A stretch of 64,000 nucleotides of DNA from Antedon mediterranea (taxonomy: Eukaryota; Animalia; Echinodermata). The stretch is taken from assembly GCF_964355755.1 (NCBI RefSeq), contig NC_092671.1, forward strand, positions 3,286,001 to 3,350,000, written 5' to 3'. This document shows positions 40,601 to 53,400 of the stretch, piece after piece. Numbering within the stretch: the first letter of the stretch is position 1; each line of letters opens with the position of its first letter. The position numbers and the translations under genes are program-made. A model generated the notes under the pieces. That model searched no databases. It was not told the origin of the DNA and saw only the letters and a list, made by a program, of their open reading frames with translations.

Positions 40601-43600
40601 GATTTATCCACCAGGTATATCTGTATCAGAAATACCACATACTGTATTTTGCAAAATGTGGCAAAATGTGAAGATGGCCTACTATCTGTATCTATATCTT
40701 TCTCCCAAGTATAAATGGGTACTGGTTAGATGTTTGTCTTTATGTTAATAACTGAACAGTGTATAGATTCACATACATTAGCGCAGATAACAATGTTAGA
40801 CACAATACTAATAATCTACTACTAAATAATCCAATATTTTTTACCCTGCTTACTGTATAATTGCAAAATACTTGAATGGGATTGAACCATACCTGTACAT
40901 AACAGCCTACGGTGTTCCTAGGATCCCAGTGAATTTCAATAGTATTTAATTTGTTAGGCAGGTTGTGGTATTCCAAGATGTTGTAAGACAGTGGAACATC
41001 AAGTTTAAGAATCCTTTCTCCAGGCCGATTGGATCGCCATGCATCCAGCTGCTCCTCCTCAGAATATTGCAAACGTTTGTCGTGAAACAACACCCTAATA
41101 TTGCTCTTTAAGAAAAAACAAAATTACTACATGCAAATATAACATGAATTATAAAGGCTAAGGATTGTCAGAGTGTTATGGTTTAGATCTAGGACATACA
41201 TTACCTATATATAGTAGAACCCTATAGGACACCCCTAGTAAATGGACATTTTCCAGTGAAACAAACGAGGGGGGATATGTTTTAACACGGAAGCCAACTC
41301 TATTAAGGGCACACCTCTATTAAGGGCACACCTCTATTAAGGGCACACCTCTACTAGGGGCACAATTGCCATGCAACAAAAAAGAGGTAATATTTGATTT
41401 AACACTATAGCCAACATCAAGAGATAGTCAAACCTCTATGAAAGGGACACTTTCGCATGAAAAGTGGGGATATATGTTTTAACATTGGAGGCCAACCATA
41501 TTCAGGGGACACGTCCTCTGCTAAGGTGACACTTTGTTCGGTCCCAAGGTGTGTGCTTAATGAGCCTTCTTCTGTACATTGTATTGCAGTCTGCCCCTCA
41601 CATCCCATAAAAGATAATACAACATTGAGGAATCCATAATACCTTGAATTTGCCTTGATACTTGGCTGTGTCTCCAAGATATTTTATCTTGAGTTCGTAC
41701 GACTGGCCCTGATTCAAATAAGTTAGTGTTTCTTCGTTGAGTTTCGTTGCCGGAGAAGTAGCAGCGTTTAAAATACATTGAAACCTGAAATAAAATGTAA
41801 ACAATAAATAGAATAACGGACATGCGGTCTGTAAGATTTTGTGAGCAAAGATTCTGTATTCTACTATTATACAATAGAGAGAATACAATAAGAGAGTAAT
41901 CTCAGATAGGATAAATTTAACAAAAAATGGTAATAAGTTTGTACTAGCATACAGTACATTCTAAACAATTTATTTGATAAAAACTGAAGACCACTATTCT
42001 TCAAGCATGGCAAACGATGCATTGAAAATACTGCTATGTCATAAATAATGAATCATGAATAATATTTAGTTTTCTCAGTTGTGAAAAAACCGGAAAATGT
42101 AATGATTTAGAAATGGAAATGAGAGGGAGAAAGGGGGATATTGAATTAAAAACCCAGTTGTGATGACAAAATGTGTATACATATATGATATATAAATTAA
42201 AAACGTATGTTATATTGTATAGTCACTGATGATTCAACATTGAATCAACAATTAAATTTGAATTTTAAAAAGTGCTGCATTGGAGGTTGTTTTTTGTATT
42301 GTTAAATCATTAAAAGTTTCAAATTGTTTAAAGGAAAATTAAAGTATTAAATGAGAATGATTTATTTATAATATTTTTTTTCCACTGAGGGACCAATAGT
42401 TACATTAATACGATTTTTTCTCCTTAAAATTTGTTTCATACTGTAATCTTCAGAAGACATTTATTAAATTACAGTTTGTTTGAAGAAAGGATTTTTGAAG
42501 AAATAACTTTTGAAGAAAGGACTTTATCCGTAAGCAATTATCCTAATTAGTATGCGCTCTTTGTGTAGGCTAACAATTGGAAAAGTGGCAGATTCATTCA
42601 ATTAAAATCCATTTAGTAGAAACAAAAGCTATTTAAATACAACATGTGACTTATTTTTACTTTTTTTTTTTTCTGGTGCAACACTTATTTTACTTTGTAA
42701 AGAAATGTTAATATAATAGTATTTAAGGACTATTTTCTTGTTCAGTCTTTTTGGAAAAACAAATTGAACCAAAAAAATCAGTGCCAATTCATACCTTCTA
42801 AAATAAGTGGGATGTTTTTGAAGAAAAAAAAACATGATTTAAGATTCAAACAAAGACAATCAAGTAAACAATAATGATGACAGGAAATTGTTAAAACATT
42901 GATCGTTAAATTATGATATAATAATATTAAGATATTATCTTACCCTTCATCGATAGTTTCCTGTTTGAAGATTGGTAAGGCCAATACCTCACTGTAAACA
43001 AAACAAACATGGAAAAACCATAAGTCTTTGTTATATAGTTTTCCATTAAAATATGCAATATGTACCTCACTGTATTTGAACAAAACAAAAACAATAAAAC
43101 AATATAATACAAAACAATAAGTCATTGTTATAAGATTGGTAATGCCAATCTGTAAACAAAACAACAACAGAATACAATAAGTCATTGTTATAAGATTGGT
43201 AATGCCAATGTGTAAACAAAACAACAACAGAATACAATAAGTCATTGTTATAAGATTGGTAATGCCAATCTGTAAACAAAACAACAACAGAATACAACAA
43301 GTCTTTGTTATAATATAGTTTTTTCATTTAATTATGTAATATTAAGATTAGACCATATTAAATTTCCTACAGTAGCAGAACCTGTTTTTATTCAAAAGTA
43401 GTATCTGTTGAAAACAGTTACATGCTGGGAATGGTGATATTTGTATTGAAATTTGACAAAAGCATGCAATGTATTTTATGATTGATGACATGGTACAGCT
43501 AGCCCCAGGACTTTTACTTTATTTGATGGGATCGTGGGGGAGGGGATTTCTTACAAGACAGCTGATGAGAACAATGGCATGTGGTTTATTTTCCATGGTA

Positions 43601-44558
43601 TGAAGTACCACCAACACAGTAAGTAAAATCTTGATGAAATCAGGATTTGGACCCATGATTAATGATTATTTAATGGTATTGAAAAATGGTCACAGGAGTT
43701 TATAAGAATTGATGTGCCATTATTTATTTTCAATTGTTTTGATGAATCTTTGGAGGATTTTTATATTACACAAGTAATCAAGCAATAAACAAAATTACTG
43801 GTAGGTAGCAACAGTTAGTGATAGCTGAATATCCTTGACATTTTACACCTTATTTATTAGATCATAAAATAAGAATTACGAATATTAAAAGAATTGGTGA
43901 CACATGCAATGAATAAAGTTTTATTTTTTATTTTGACTTGGTTCAATCTGTTGGCGCTTATAAAGTGAGACAAAGTAAAAACAAAATAAACAGGATAAAA
44001 TTTGTTTCATTTAAAATTATAACTAAATTTAGTAAAATGGTGATTTAGGTATGCTATTAATATGGATGCACCAAATGCTCAATGTGAACTCTGTCTATAA
44101 TCAAACTAGTTTAACAAAAAAAAGTGATGTCACTACCATATTAAAGCATTTCACTACCAAATTTTGGGTATATGATGTGCCCAAAATTTGGTAGTGATAT
44201 GTTTAAATACGGTAGTGATATGATATCATCATGTCCATATATGGGCACATCACATTTTTTGTCACATAAAGTTTAATAGTGTATATAATAGAAAATCAAA
44301 TGTATAGGGGCAGTTGAAGGTTTCAATAATAGTAGTAGGGTTCAATTTATATCAAGCTTGATTTTAATTGTACTGTAGTTATCTTTCTTAAAATTTGGTA
44401 AATGTAAAGTAATATAAATGAATATGAATGAAAAGGTATATTTACCTCATGTTGTAAGCCCCAGTACCAAGCTCCATACCTAAACCACTTAGATTAGTTT
44501 CAAATTCTGCAGCCACTTGAGCCAGACCATCGTCAAGCTCACTAATACGCCACGCCAT
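34605..44558 (-). CDS. TFCP2: CP2/LSF family transcription factor (TFCP2/UBP1-like), 14 exons, ~481 aa
   Basis: Exons 44558-44446, 42991-42944, 41784-41643, 41105-40893, 40276-40124, 39673-39527, 39018-38933, 38739-38664, 38278-38185, 37916-37826, 37185-37136, 37035-36893, 36612-36561, 34642-34605. Motifs [82 protein letters not shown]-like domain, [13 protein letters not shown]. An in-frame upstream ATG lies at 44567. Confidence 0.92.
34812..35572 (-). mobile_element. Helentron-associated non-autonomous element (HINE/DINE-1-like), copy 1
   Basis: On minus: TTTTTAGTCGCGTGGAAGCGACT (subTIR plus inverted repeat), (GTCG/GTCT)n microsatellite, internal region, 3' subTIR CACGCGACT, small stem-loop, end GGCCTTGTT. 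Confidence 0.7.
35608..36397 (-). mobile_element. HINE/DINE-1-like element, copy 2 (tandem, near-identical to copy 1)
   Basis: Direct repeat of 34812-35572 with scattered substitutions and microsatellite length differences. Confidence 0.7.
41300..41363. repeat. 17-bp tandem repeat CTATTAAGGGCACACCT x~4
   Basis: Directly visible tandem units inside a likely MITE in a TFCP2 intron. Confidence 0.85.
43105..43312. repeat. 60-bp tandem repeat (x3+) in TFCP2 intron 1
   Basis: Unit AAGATTGGTAATGCCAATCTGTAAACAAAACAACAACAGAATACAATAAGTCATTGTTAT. Confidence 0.9.
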
Positions 44559-47455
44559 ATCCACCATCTGACACTTGTCGTCACACTTTCAAATGATACA
44601 ACTATCTTATCAAAAAGTAAAGATCAAAAGAAATATCTATTGTATTCAGGTCAGATAATAAAAGGCCATCATTGCATTGTTGTCCAAACATTACCTGTTA
44701 GCCTGCTGGAGGGAAATTGGTTCATTTTGAACTGTGGTAGGCAGGCTGTAACTTTAAATTTTAATATAGGGCCTACCTAGGCTAGCTAGTAGGCTAAATA
44801 CATTTTTTGCCAAAAAAAAAAATTAAAAAATTAGGCAAACCGTAGAAATTTATGGTCGCTGAAAATAATTAGTTACATTACACAAAAAAACATATAATTA
44901 ACCAAAACTAAAAAAATAACTAAAAGCAATGATAAATATTTCCTAGGCCCTAAAAGGCCAGTCAAGTCCTCATCAATTACGGCGTACTGATACACTTCAT
45001 TAACCAATTACTCTAGCCTCTGAGTCTAGAAGCCTAGGCCTAGCTATATATTCAACAAACGTCCATATTTCTGAGATTTTATAACATTTAAATGTTTCTG
45101 GAAATATGAAAATGCATAAACTGGACAAACCTTGATTTTTAACTGAAAAGTATGCTACTGATTTCTTAAAATCGTTAAAAACACTGAAACTATCTGCAAC
45201 TATTTTTACACGACAAACTAAAGAACATGTCATCAAAACACAGCGCCCTCACGAGCAGGATAATTTAATTATTTTATTTTTTGTATAAACAAATTAAATA
45301 ATCTCATAATATTCTACCATCTCATTCTATTCTAAAACTGCGTAGCTTGTCCCACGTAGAATCTGTATCTATCCTGAGCAGAAACCGCCTTTCTGCTAGG
45401 CATTGTGTGTAAATGGGTATAAGAAATAACAGATTCTATATTTTTATTACTGTTACCGCTCGTTTGACCTTTATGCTTCACAGAAAATCATAAAGAATGA
45501 ACGGAGCTGGCTTCCATTCCATGAAACGAAATGATGGTATGATCATTTCTTAATGCTTTGAAAAGCACAAAGCGAAGATATTTAATAAATCAATTAATCA
45601 ATTAAAAAAATGGAAAATAAAATTAATAAAATAAAAACACACACATTTCCAATTCATATTCTGTGGACATCCACATTTAATATTATACTTCATATATAAT
45701 AATTTATACTTTTACTTAAATATACCTCTTAATATATTTTCTAAGCATCGCCTATATTGCAATGTACTTGCACTTTCTCAACTTACGAACAACACCCTGC
45801 AACCAATATCACCAAACCAAAAAAAAAAATACCTGTATATGTGTTTTATCACCCGAATTACACTTCAAATTCACATATAAGGGCATTGTTGGGTTACTCT
45901 GGTAACAATTAGATAATCATTTTAATTTGCCAGCCTTTGAATTCAGGATTGAATGTCAGTTAGGGGTGGTGGAACGTTTTTTACAAACTAGATTGTCTTA
46001 CTGTTACCATTCACATAAAGACAGTATCCACACATTTGGTTAGTAGACCTACATTGAATAAAGAGTGAACTATCACTCTTAAATTCACTCTCAAATGAAA
46101 TGCTCAGTCCTCAGGATTATATGATAATAATGTATTTAATAATCAGTGGCTGTGAATTCACCAATCAAGTGTTTTGATTTTTAAAATAAGGTGATACCAC
46201 TTAAGGGAAATTCTTAAATATGTATTGTTTTATTAAAGTGAAATTTCTCACTAAGTGTGTGATTGGTCAATACGACCAATCGCAAACAAGACAACTGAAT
46301 AACTATTGTATAACAGACTATATATTACTTAATTATTTAGACAGAAGCAAGGATTTGGATCAACATCTTTCTAACAGGCAAGACCTCTATGTAGCAAACA
46401 CACAATACAAACCTCAATATCATTATGCCTTATCAATTTAGGCATATTAATTGTTTTTTTTATAAATATTATGATACTGTATTTATGTATTACAGTACAA
46501 TATAATAATACATATACTTTATTTAGATGTCAGCTGTCACTAGGTTAATGTTAACTGACTATTGCAAGTCTCATTTCTGCATTTTCAACCTTCCAAAAAG
46601 AAGGGGGCCGGAGTATGCTCGGATTAAATTTGGATTAATGTACTGTATATTCATATTGTATTCAATTGCGAGCTATCAATTTGAGATTGTAGACTCGGAA
46701 TAGATGTTAACTTAACCAAATACAGTCCTGATAAAAAACAGATTAGTTGTATATACGCATGGAGTAATACGCATGCACAGATTAATGGTTCTGTATAAAT
46801 TATATAAATAAACAGTTCCTTCAATTCTAACCCACAACAAAAGCTTGCTGACATTTAAGTATGGGTACAGCTCTGTCTCCACTATCAAAACTATTTTGAC
46901 AAAAAAAATGTGATGTGCCCAAATATGGTGGTGATAAGCCAAAATATAGTAGTGATATGATGACATGTCCACATATGGGCAAAAACGTTTGATAGTGCAG
47001 ACAGAGCTTAACATCTGTAAACATTCTTAACTAAGTTTTTCCAATACAACTGCTTCTTAATAAGCTGCTCTAATCTTAATGAACGCATCTATTAATTACT
47101 TTATATATCATCTTATATTATATATTATTCTACAATATTTTAATTACATTTAAGCAATATATATATTACTCTATAAAATAAATAACGATATCTAAAAATA
47201 TTATTCTGCTTTTAAATAAATTATTAAAATTCTTAATTACAAATAAACAGTTAAAATTTGTAAAGAAAAAATATATAATTTTCTGTGATAAAAATGTTGT
47301 TTGGTGATGATGATGATGATATAATAGTGATAATTACAATTTAAAGAAAAGTAATAATGAAAAGAAATAATATTTCCTAATAATATAATAAATTAATTAA
47401 AACATATTTGCATTAAATACTTAAGTAGCATTACTGTTCACTGCAACGAGCGTTT

Positions 47456-50400
47456 TTACTTTTTCGGTGAGAATCGTGGATTTGATGGCATCTCGGTAAA
47501 GGATCTAAGTTCATACGTTGCTATTCCCGATTCAAGATCCGGTCGGTGTCGTGCAAATATCATTCGGATATCTGTGTGGAGGTAAATCCTACCGGATTTG
47601 GAGCTTTGAAATCTGACGAAACAAAATTGAAATATTAGAAGAAAGAATCTGGTGAACTTAGATGTAATAACCTAAGTCTTTCACAAAATGTTTTTCATAA
47701 GGCAAATTTATTCAAGAGAATTGATAGAGCTATTGCTACTTTTTAAAATGGCCTATTTTTTTATATTCAATTCAATAAAGATTCAAGGTATTATTCGCCT
47801 CATTGAACAGAACAGTCATATTTCAACACATAAACATATTCTCCACATTAAACTCATAAAAATTAATTATTTTTATAATGTATAATTATGTAAATTCAAT
47901 AATTTATAACAATTTATATAGTATTACCTCAAGTGTAGTAGATATCTAAGTTCTTTCTCACATTCATCATTTATGTTAGCATTGCTAGGCATGTAGAAGA
48001 CTCGTTGACGACAGAATGTTTGGCAATTTGGTGGCATGTCAGATAAATTATAGCGAACAACAAATATTTTAACTACTGTGCCATTCGGGTTAAATAGCAT
48101 CTGATGAATAAAGAAAATGTGATAATCAGATCAAGGTTTAACAGTTAAATATAATCAAAGAACTTATAACACAAGAATCTCCTGTTCTTCAATTTGCATT
48201 TAAAACACAGTATCGGAAGTTAATAAAAGGTCAAACTGGGCGACGCCATTTCACAGCATGGAGCAGTGCCCCCTCCAAACTAGGAAGTCAATTACTCTAC
48301 CCCCTAGAGTATTAGCAGATCCCCTCTATGATTTTGACTTTCTAATTTGATGCGGGCGCCCTACTCCATGGCTCACAATGGCGCCACCCATTAGCTCTAT
48401 TCTATCCCACAATGCCTTTCGAAATTGTTACGCGCTTCGGACGAACAGGAGATTCTTGTGTTATAAGTTCTTTGATATAATAGACAGGCAGTCTGAGGGG
48501 TTAATAGACAGGCAGTCAGTATGTGGGGTAAATAGACAGGCAGTCGGTATGTGGGGTAAATAGACAGGCAGTCAGTATGTGGGGTAAATAGGAAATCTGA
48601 GGGGTAAATAGACAGTCAGTCTAATGGGTAAATAGACAGGCAGTCTGTTGGGTAAATAGACAGGCAGTCTGTTGGGTAAATAGACAGGCAGTCTGTTGGG
48701 TAAATAGACAGGCAGTATGTCAGGGTAAATTGGAGACACTTTGAGAGGTACATAGACAGTCAGCCTGTAGGGAGGCATTCTGAGGTGTATATAGAAAGAA
48801 ACAGAAACTCACAACTTGAATAGTTCCCTGTGCTGGCACATGGTAGCCTCGTTTACCAACAGATTCTAGGTTAATATAGCCCTGAGGATTAGAAAAATGT
48901 TTATTAATCGTAATTGTTTTTATAATTAACGTATCTAATGAACCATAATATAACAATTATTCTTCCGCTCTTATGTTCATTATGCTATTCCAATTTATAA
49001 TATAGTAGTGCTGACAATTTGTATGCCATCTCCTCCTAAACCACGGGGCTGATAATCATGCTGGGTACCTTTTACTTCCCCTGAAGTGTTTAGGCTATGT
49101 TAAATTTTCATAATCAATTTCTTTCAACAGGTCACAGAGGTTAATATTCAAAGGTTAGCTAGTATTTAGTTACTCTTTTAACTCAAATACCACAATTTGG
49201 AACAATATTATTTTTAAATATAAGCAAATAATATTGCTTCTATTGGCAAAGCTATAGCAATTGTTTAATATTGAATAACAGAGTTGAGGGCGCTTACCAT
49301 ATACGATGACGGCTGGTCATCATCGGTTACGCTGTAGAAGAATGCTGTAACAGGAAGCCTAACATGAGAAGGACAAAAGCGGCCGCTAGCACCTATCTCA
49401 GCTGTGAAGCCTTCAATAGTGCCTAGTGGTTCCATACGACCATTTAACACGGATTCCTAAATTAAAAAATAACAATCATTAAGATACATATCAAATTTGT
49501 AATACAGTAGAACCGGATTGGATTAATTTAAAGCTCTGTCCACACTATTAAACTCCAAAAAATGTGATGATGTCATATCACTACCACACTTGTTTTGTCA
49601 GACTAGTTTGTGTAGACAGAGCTTTACACGCACTACAAGAAACAGACATTTACCTCAAAACTTCCCAATAGGCAACTTGTTGAAGCTGGAGCACTGGTGC
49701 TTAGTACACGGGTAGACTGGTTCATTGGGGTCAAAGTGCGACCCAGGTCATTACATGAGGTAGAACTGCAATAATAAATGACAAATATATGCTAGATTGT
49801 TTTTCTCAAATTGCTTGCAACTCGATGACAATTAAAGATTAAATTAATTTTTAGGTTTCTTAATGTAAATTGTAGGTTACCTTTTAAGTGTAACTGCTTG
49901 CCTGCTACTTAGGGATGAATCATCCGTACTCTCTTTTGTTTTCCTCATTGGGGCCTAGAAAAAACAAAGTATTTGCATAATTCTGATAAAAATAAAATAG
50001 CAAATGGCATGACAAACAGTAATGTCAGTTTTAAAGTACATGTGAAATTTTTAAAAAATTGAATTGAAAGTTGCGAATGGTCTTTTCAGTAAAATTGTTA
50101 TACACCGTCTTCTGGAGTAATGGTGTACTGTAACCATACTTCAACTCTTTCTATTCTTTATTTAAAGTCGGAAACCTAAGCACATGGGAACCTACCGGAC
50201 TTGAATTCAATGGTAGCCCTGTGCGTGGGTTGAATATGTAACTACCAGAACTGTCTATTGATCGACTGTGAGGGCGCTTCTTCTCTGGACTTGACCAACT
50301 TATGCTTTTCTCAAATGTATTCTGGAGAAAAAAATTAATTAAAATTACAAATAATTTCATTTAAAGGTGTAAAGAAATCAGACATTCTTTCTTTGCAGGT

Positions 50401-53400
50401 ATGTATGTCAGTAAAATGTCTGAGGAAATATGGACACATTTAAAACAATTCAAAAAGCATGTTTTAGTTGTTATTAGTGATATAAAGTAACAGAAATTAA
50501 ACAAATCAGAAGTGGTGCTGTTAGTCAAAAACTTCAAACCCCCCTACTAAAACAGTGGTATTGTCCCTACATACCTATGTTGGTTTATCCACGTAAGTTA
50601 GGCACAAGCTCTGACCACACACTATCAACATTTTATGTGACAACAAAATGTGATGTGCCCATATATGGACATGTCATATCACTACCATATTTGGGCACAT
50701 CACACTTTTTTTGTCAAACTAGTTTGATAGTGTAGACAGAGCGTAATACACATTGATCACTCACCTCATTAGCTGCTTTCGGTGTTGGTGCTGGTTCTCG
50801 TTGAATAACACTTTTAAACAAAGATTTACTCTTGGAAAAGACCGGTATAAAACGACTATTTCGTTCCTGTTTATTCTTCTCTTGTGGAACAGATTGTAAT
50901 GACGTCTGCGGATCCGCAAGAAAACCTTGTCCAGACGCTTTATTGCCTCTCTTCATACTCGGTTTTTGCGATGCCACATTAGAAATTTGATCACGTTTTA
51001 TTGCACTGACTGTTGAGGAGACTGAGGGCGACATTTCATCATCGGAGTCAAAGTCGAGTTTTGTTCTGATATCAGAGACTAAATTTTGTACACTGGTGAT
51101 GAAAGTGTTGCTTTTGAATTCAGCTGGTTGACTAGTTTGCAGTTTAGATTGGTTTTCTAACCGATCACTACTTTCTGATGAAGAACGTTCTTTTAAATAT
51201 GAACTGCTCTCCACAGACATCGGTTTTCCTGTCAAACATGTACTACTGTGACTCACATTTTTATGTTCGTCTACATTGAGTGAGTCACATTGTACTGAAT
51301 TGTTTAAGCCTAGAGAAATTTTATTCGAGTTAATGATACTAGATTGCGAAGGTAAAGAATCATTTAAAGTGTCCTTTTTATCATCAGCAATAAAGTAAAT
51401 ACCTCTATCAATACGTTCTTCCAATCTATTTCTCTTTTCATCTGGACTTTCGTACTCTTTACTTATGTCTTTATTGAGCTGATTTGCGGATTCACGACAA
51501 GGTAAACCTTCTGAACTCGTATCTATCTTAGTATTCGTTATACATACATTCTTATTATCGGTAAAAAAATTCCTATTTTCAGGTATACTAACAGATGTTT
51601 TGAAGTCTTCCTTAGTTACTATATCCTTTCTTGTATCATCATATTGCTGTGTTCTATCTACGTTACATTTCTTAGATGCATTTGTAGGCTGGTTTCCTTT
51701 TCTCTTGTGTTTCTTAGCATTCTTATACAATTCTGTATCTAATTGTCTGGAACAATGGCCTACATTATTATCGCTATTAAAGCGCTCTAGTTTAGTTCTT
51801 TTATCGCCGCATTTGCGGCCAGTCCCTCGCTTGAATTTCGGTTGTCTTGAATGTTCTGATAAGTGTCGCATTTCTGACATATTGAATGGAATTTCTTTGT
51901 CATGAAATGGCTGACCGGAAAACTTCATTTTCTTGTGTCCGACGGCGCAGGATACCATCGGAATCTTTTGCTGCCGTGGAAGGTACGCAACACTCACTCG
52001 AATGCAGGAGGATTTTGTGATGTTGACAGCAGGGAAAGAATGAACCTCGGGAGTCTTCACAAAGTTGGCTGGAAAGGCTTCTCCAGGGGCACTTACTCTG
52101 CAAACAAAAATTAAGAGTTCTGTCAATTTCCAATCAATTTTGTTAAACATCATTGGCCGTATTCACCAATCACACTTAAGTAAGATATTTCTCTTAAATA
52201 TTACACAAACCAGAAATGGTGTTGGTAGTTTATGAGTGCCGCTTACCTGGATAAACACGACATAAGCCCTTTTCCACGAAGTGCGAAACAATTACGAAAA
52301 GAAGAATTTAGCGGTAGCTCACCTCCATGATAAATGGGACAGTCCGCTATAGCGCCCTCTAGTGAGACCACTCCCACGTAATACCGTCATCATTTCTCAA
52401 GACCTCTTGTCTGAGGGGACGGCGGGCGGGCGTTTATCCAGGTAAGCGGCACTCATAGACTACCAACACCATTTCTGGTTTGTGTAGTCTATATCGTGCC
52501 TGCTTACCTGGATAAACACGACATAAGCCCTTAAGAGGTCTTTCATTTAACTATTAAATAATTATTTAGGCCTAAGTATTTCCCTTAATTTTATCACTTT
52601 AGATAGGAGATTTTGTTTCCACTTAGCCTAAAGTGTGATTGGTGAATATGGTCACTGGATACTACAGTATAAGATAAAATTCATACATTGAGGTGTTATT
52701 AATACGCATAATATTGTTATTAGGTTAATTTTTAATACTAATTTAACTGGAAATTGTTGAAATTTGGATTACACCCTTTGTGGATCCATGGAAGCAACAG
52801 TGCCTACTATGATGGGAAACGTAGTGCACATTACCAAGTTTTTATCAGACTTCAGGTGCAACAGCTTTATATCTTATTTGAAAGACGGGAAATGAGAGTA
52901 AAGCATCTTGCCTAAGGATACAAGCAATATGGCACAGACAGGTTTCACTTGTTAGCCCCATGTAGCTCTTAGGCCCATTGTAATGTTAGGCCCATTGTAA
53001 TGTTAGGCCCATTGAAATGTTAGGCCCATTGTAATCTTAGGCCCATTGTAATGTTAGGTCCATTGTAATGTTAGGCCCATTGTAATCTTAGGCCCATTGT
53101 AATGTTAGGTCCATTGTAATGTTAGGCCCATTGTAATGTTAGGCCCATTGTTGTTACTGTAGATATATTGTTATTGTAGACACTATTGTGTTACGCCCAC
53201 TGTTATTTCGCCCTATTATTCTTACCTGTAAGTAATGTTCTTTGGTTCTTTACCATTGTTCATACTTAGCCAAGAACTTAATTGTGAGAAATGAAGGTAT
53301 GATCTAATTGCCTGTAGTAGCATCCTGCTTGACTGTTGGTATTGTACAGAACTGTAAAATACAAAATCAATTTTTAAGTTATTACAATATTATCTGGTGC

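Noticed and set aside
42940-43327. Repetitive ORFs ([12 protein letters not shown].. / YQSYNNDLL..)
   Set aside because: Translation of a 60-bp intronic tandem repeat.
43561-43600. CTGATGA as a second hammerhead core
   Set aside because: No stem II, GAAA or stem I pairing follows.
48572-48778. ORF with (PVYLPNRL)n
   Set aside because: Minisatellite translation inside an ATOSA intron.
52968-53151. Regular short repeats resembling a CRISPR array
   Set aside because: Head-to-tail 17-mers without unique spacers, in a eukaryotic intron, with no cas genes.
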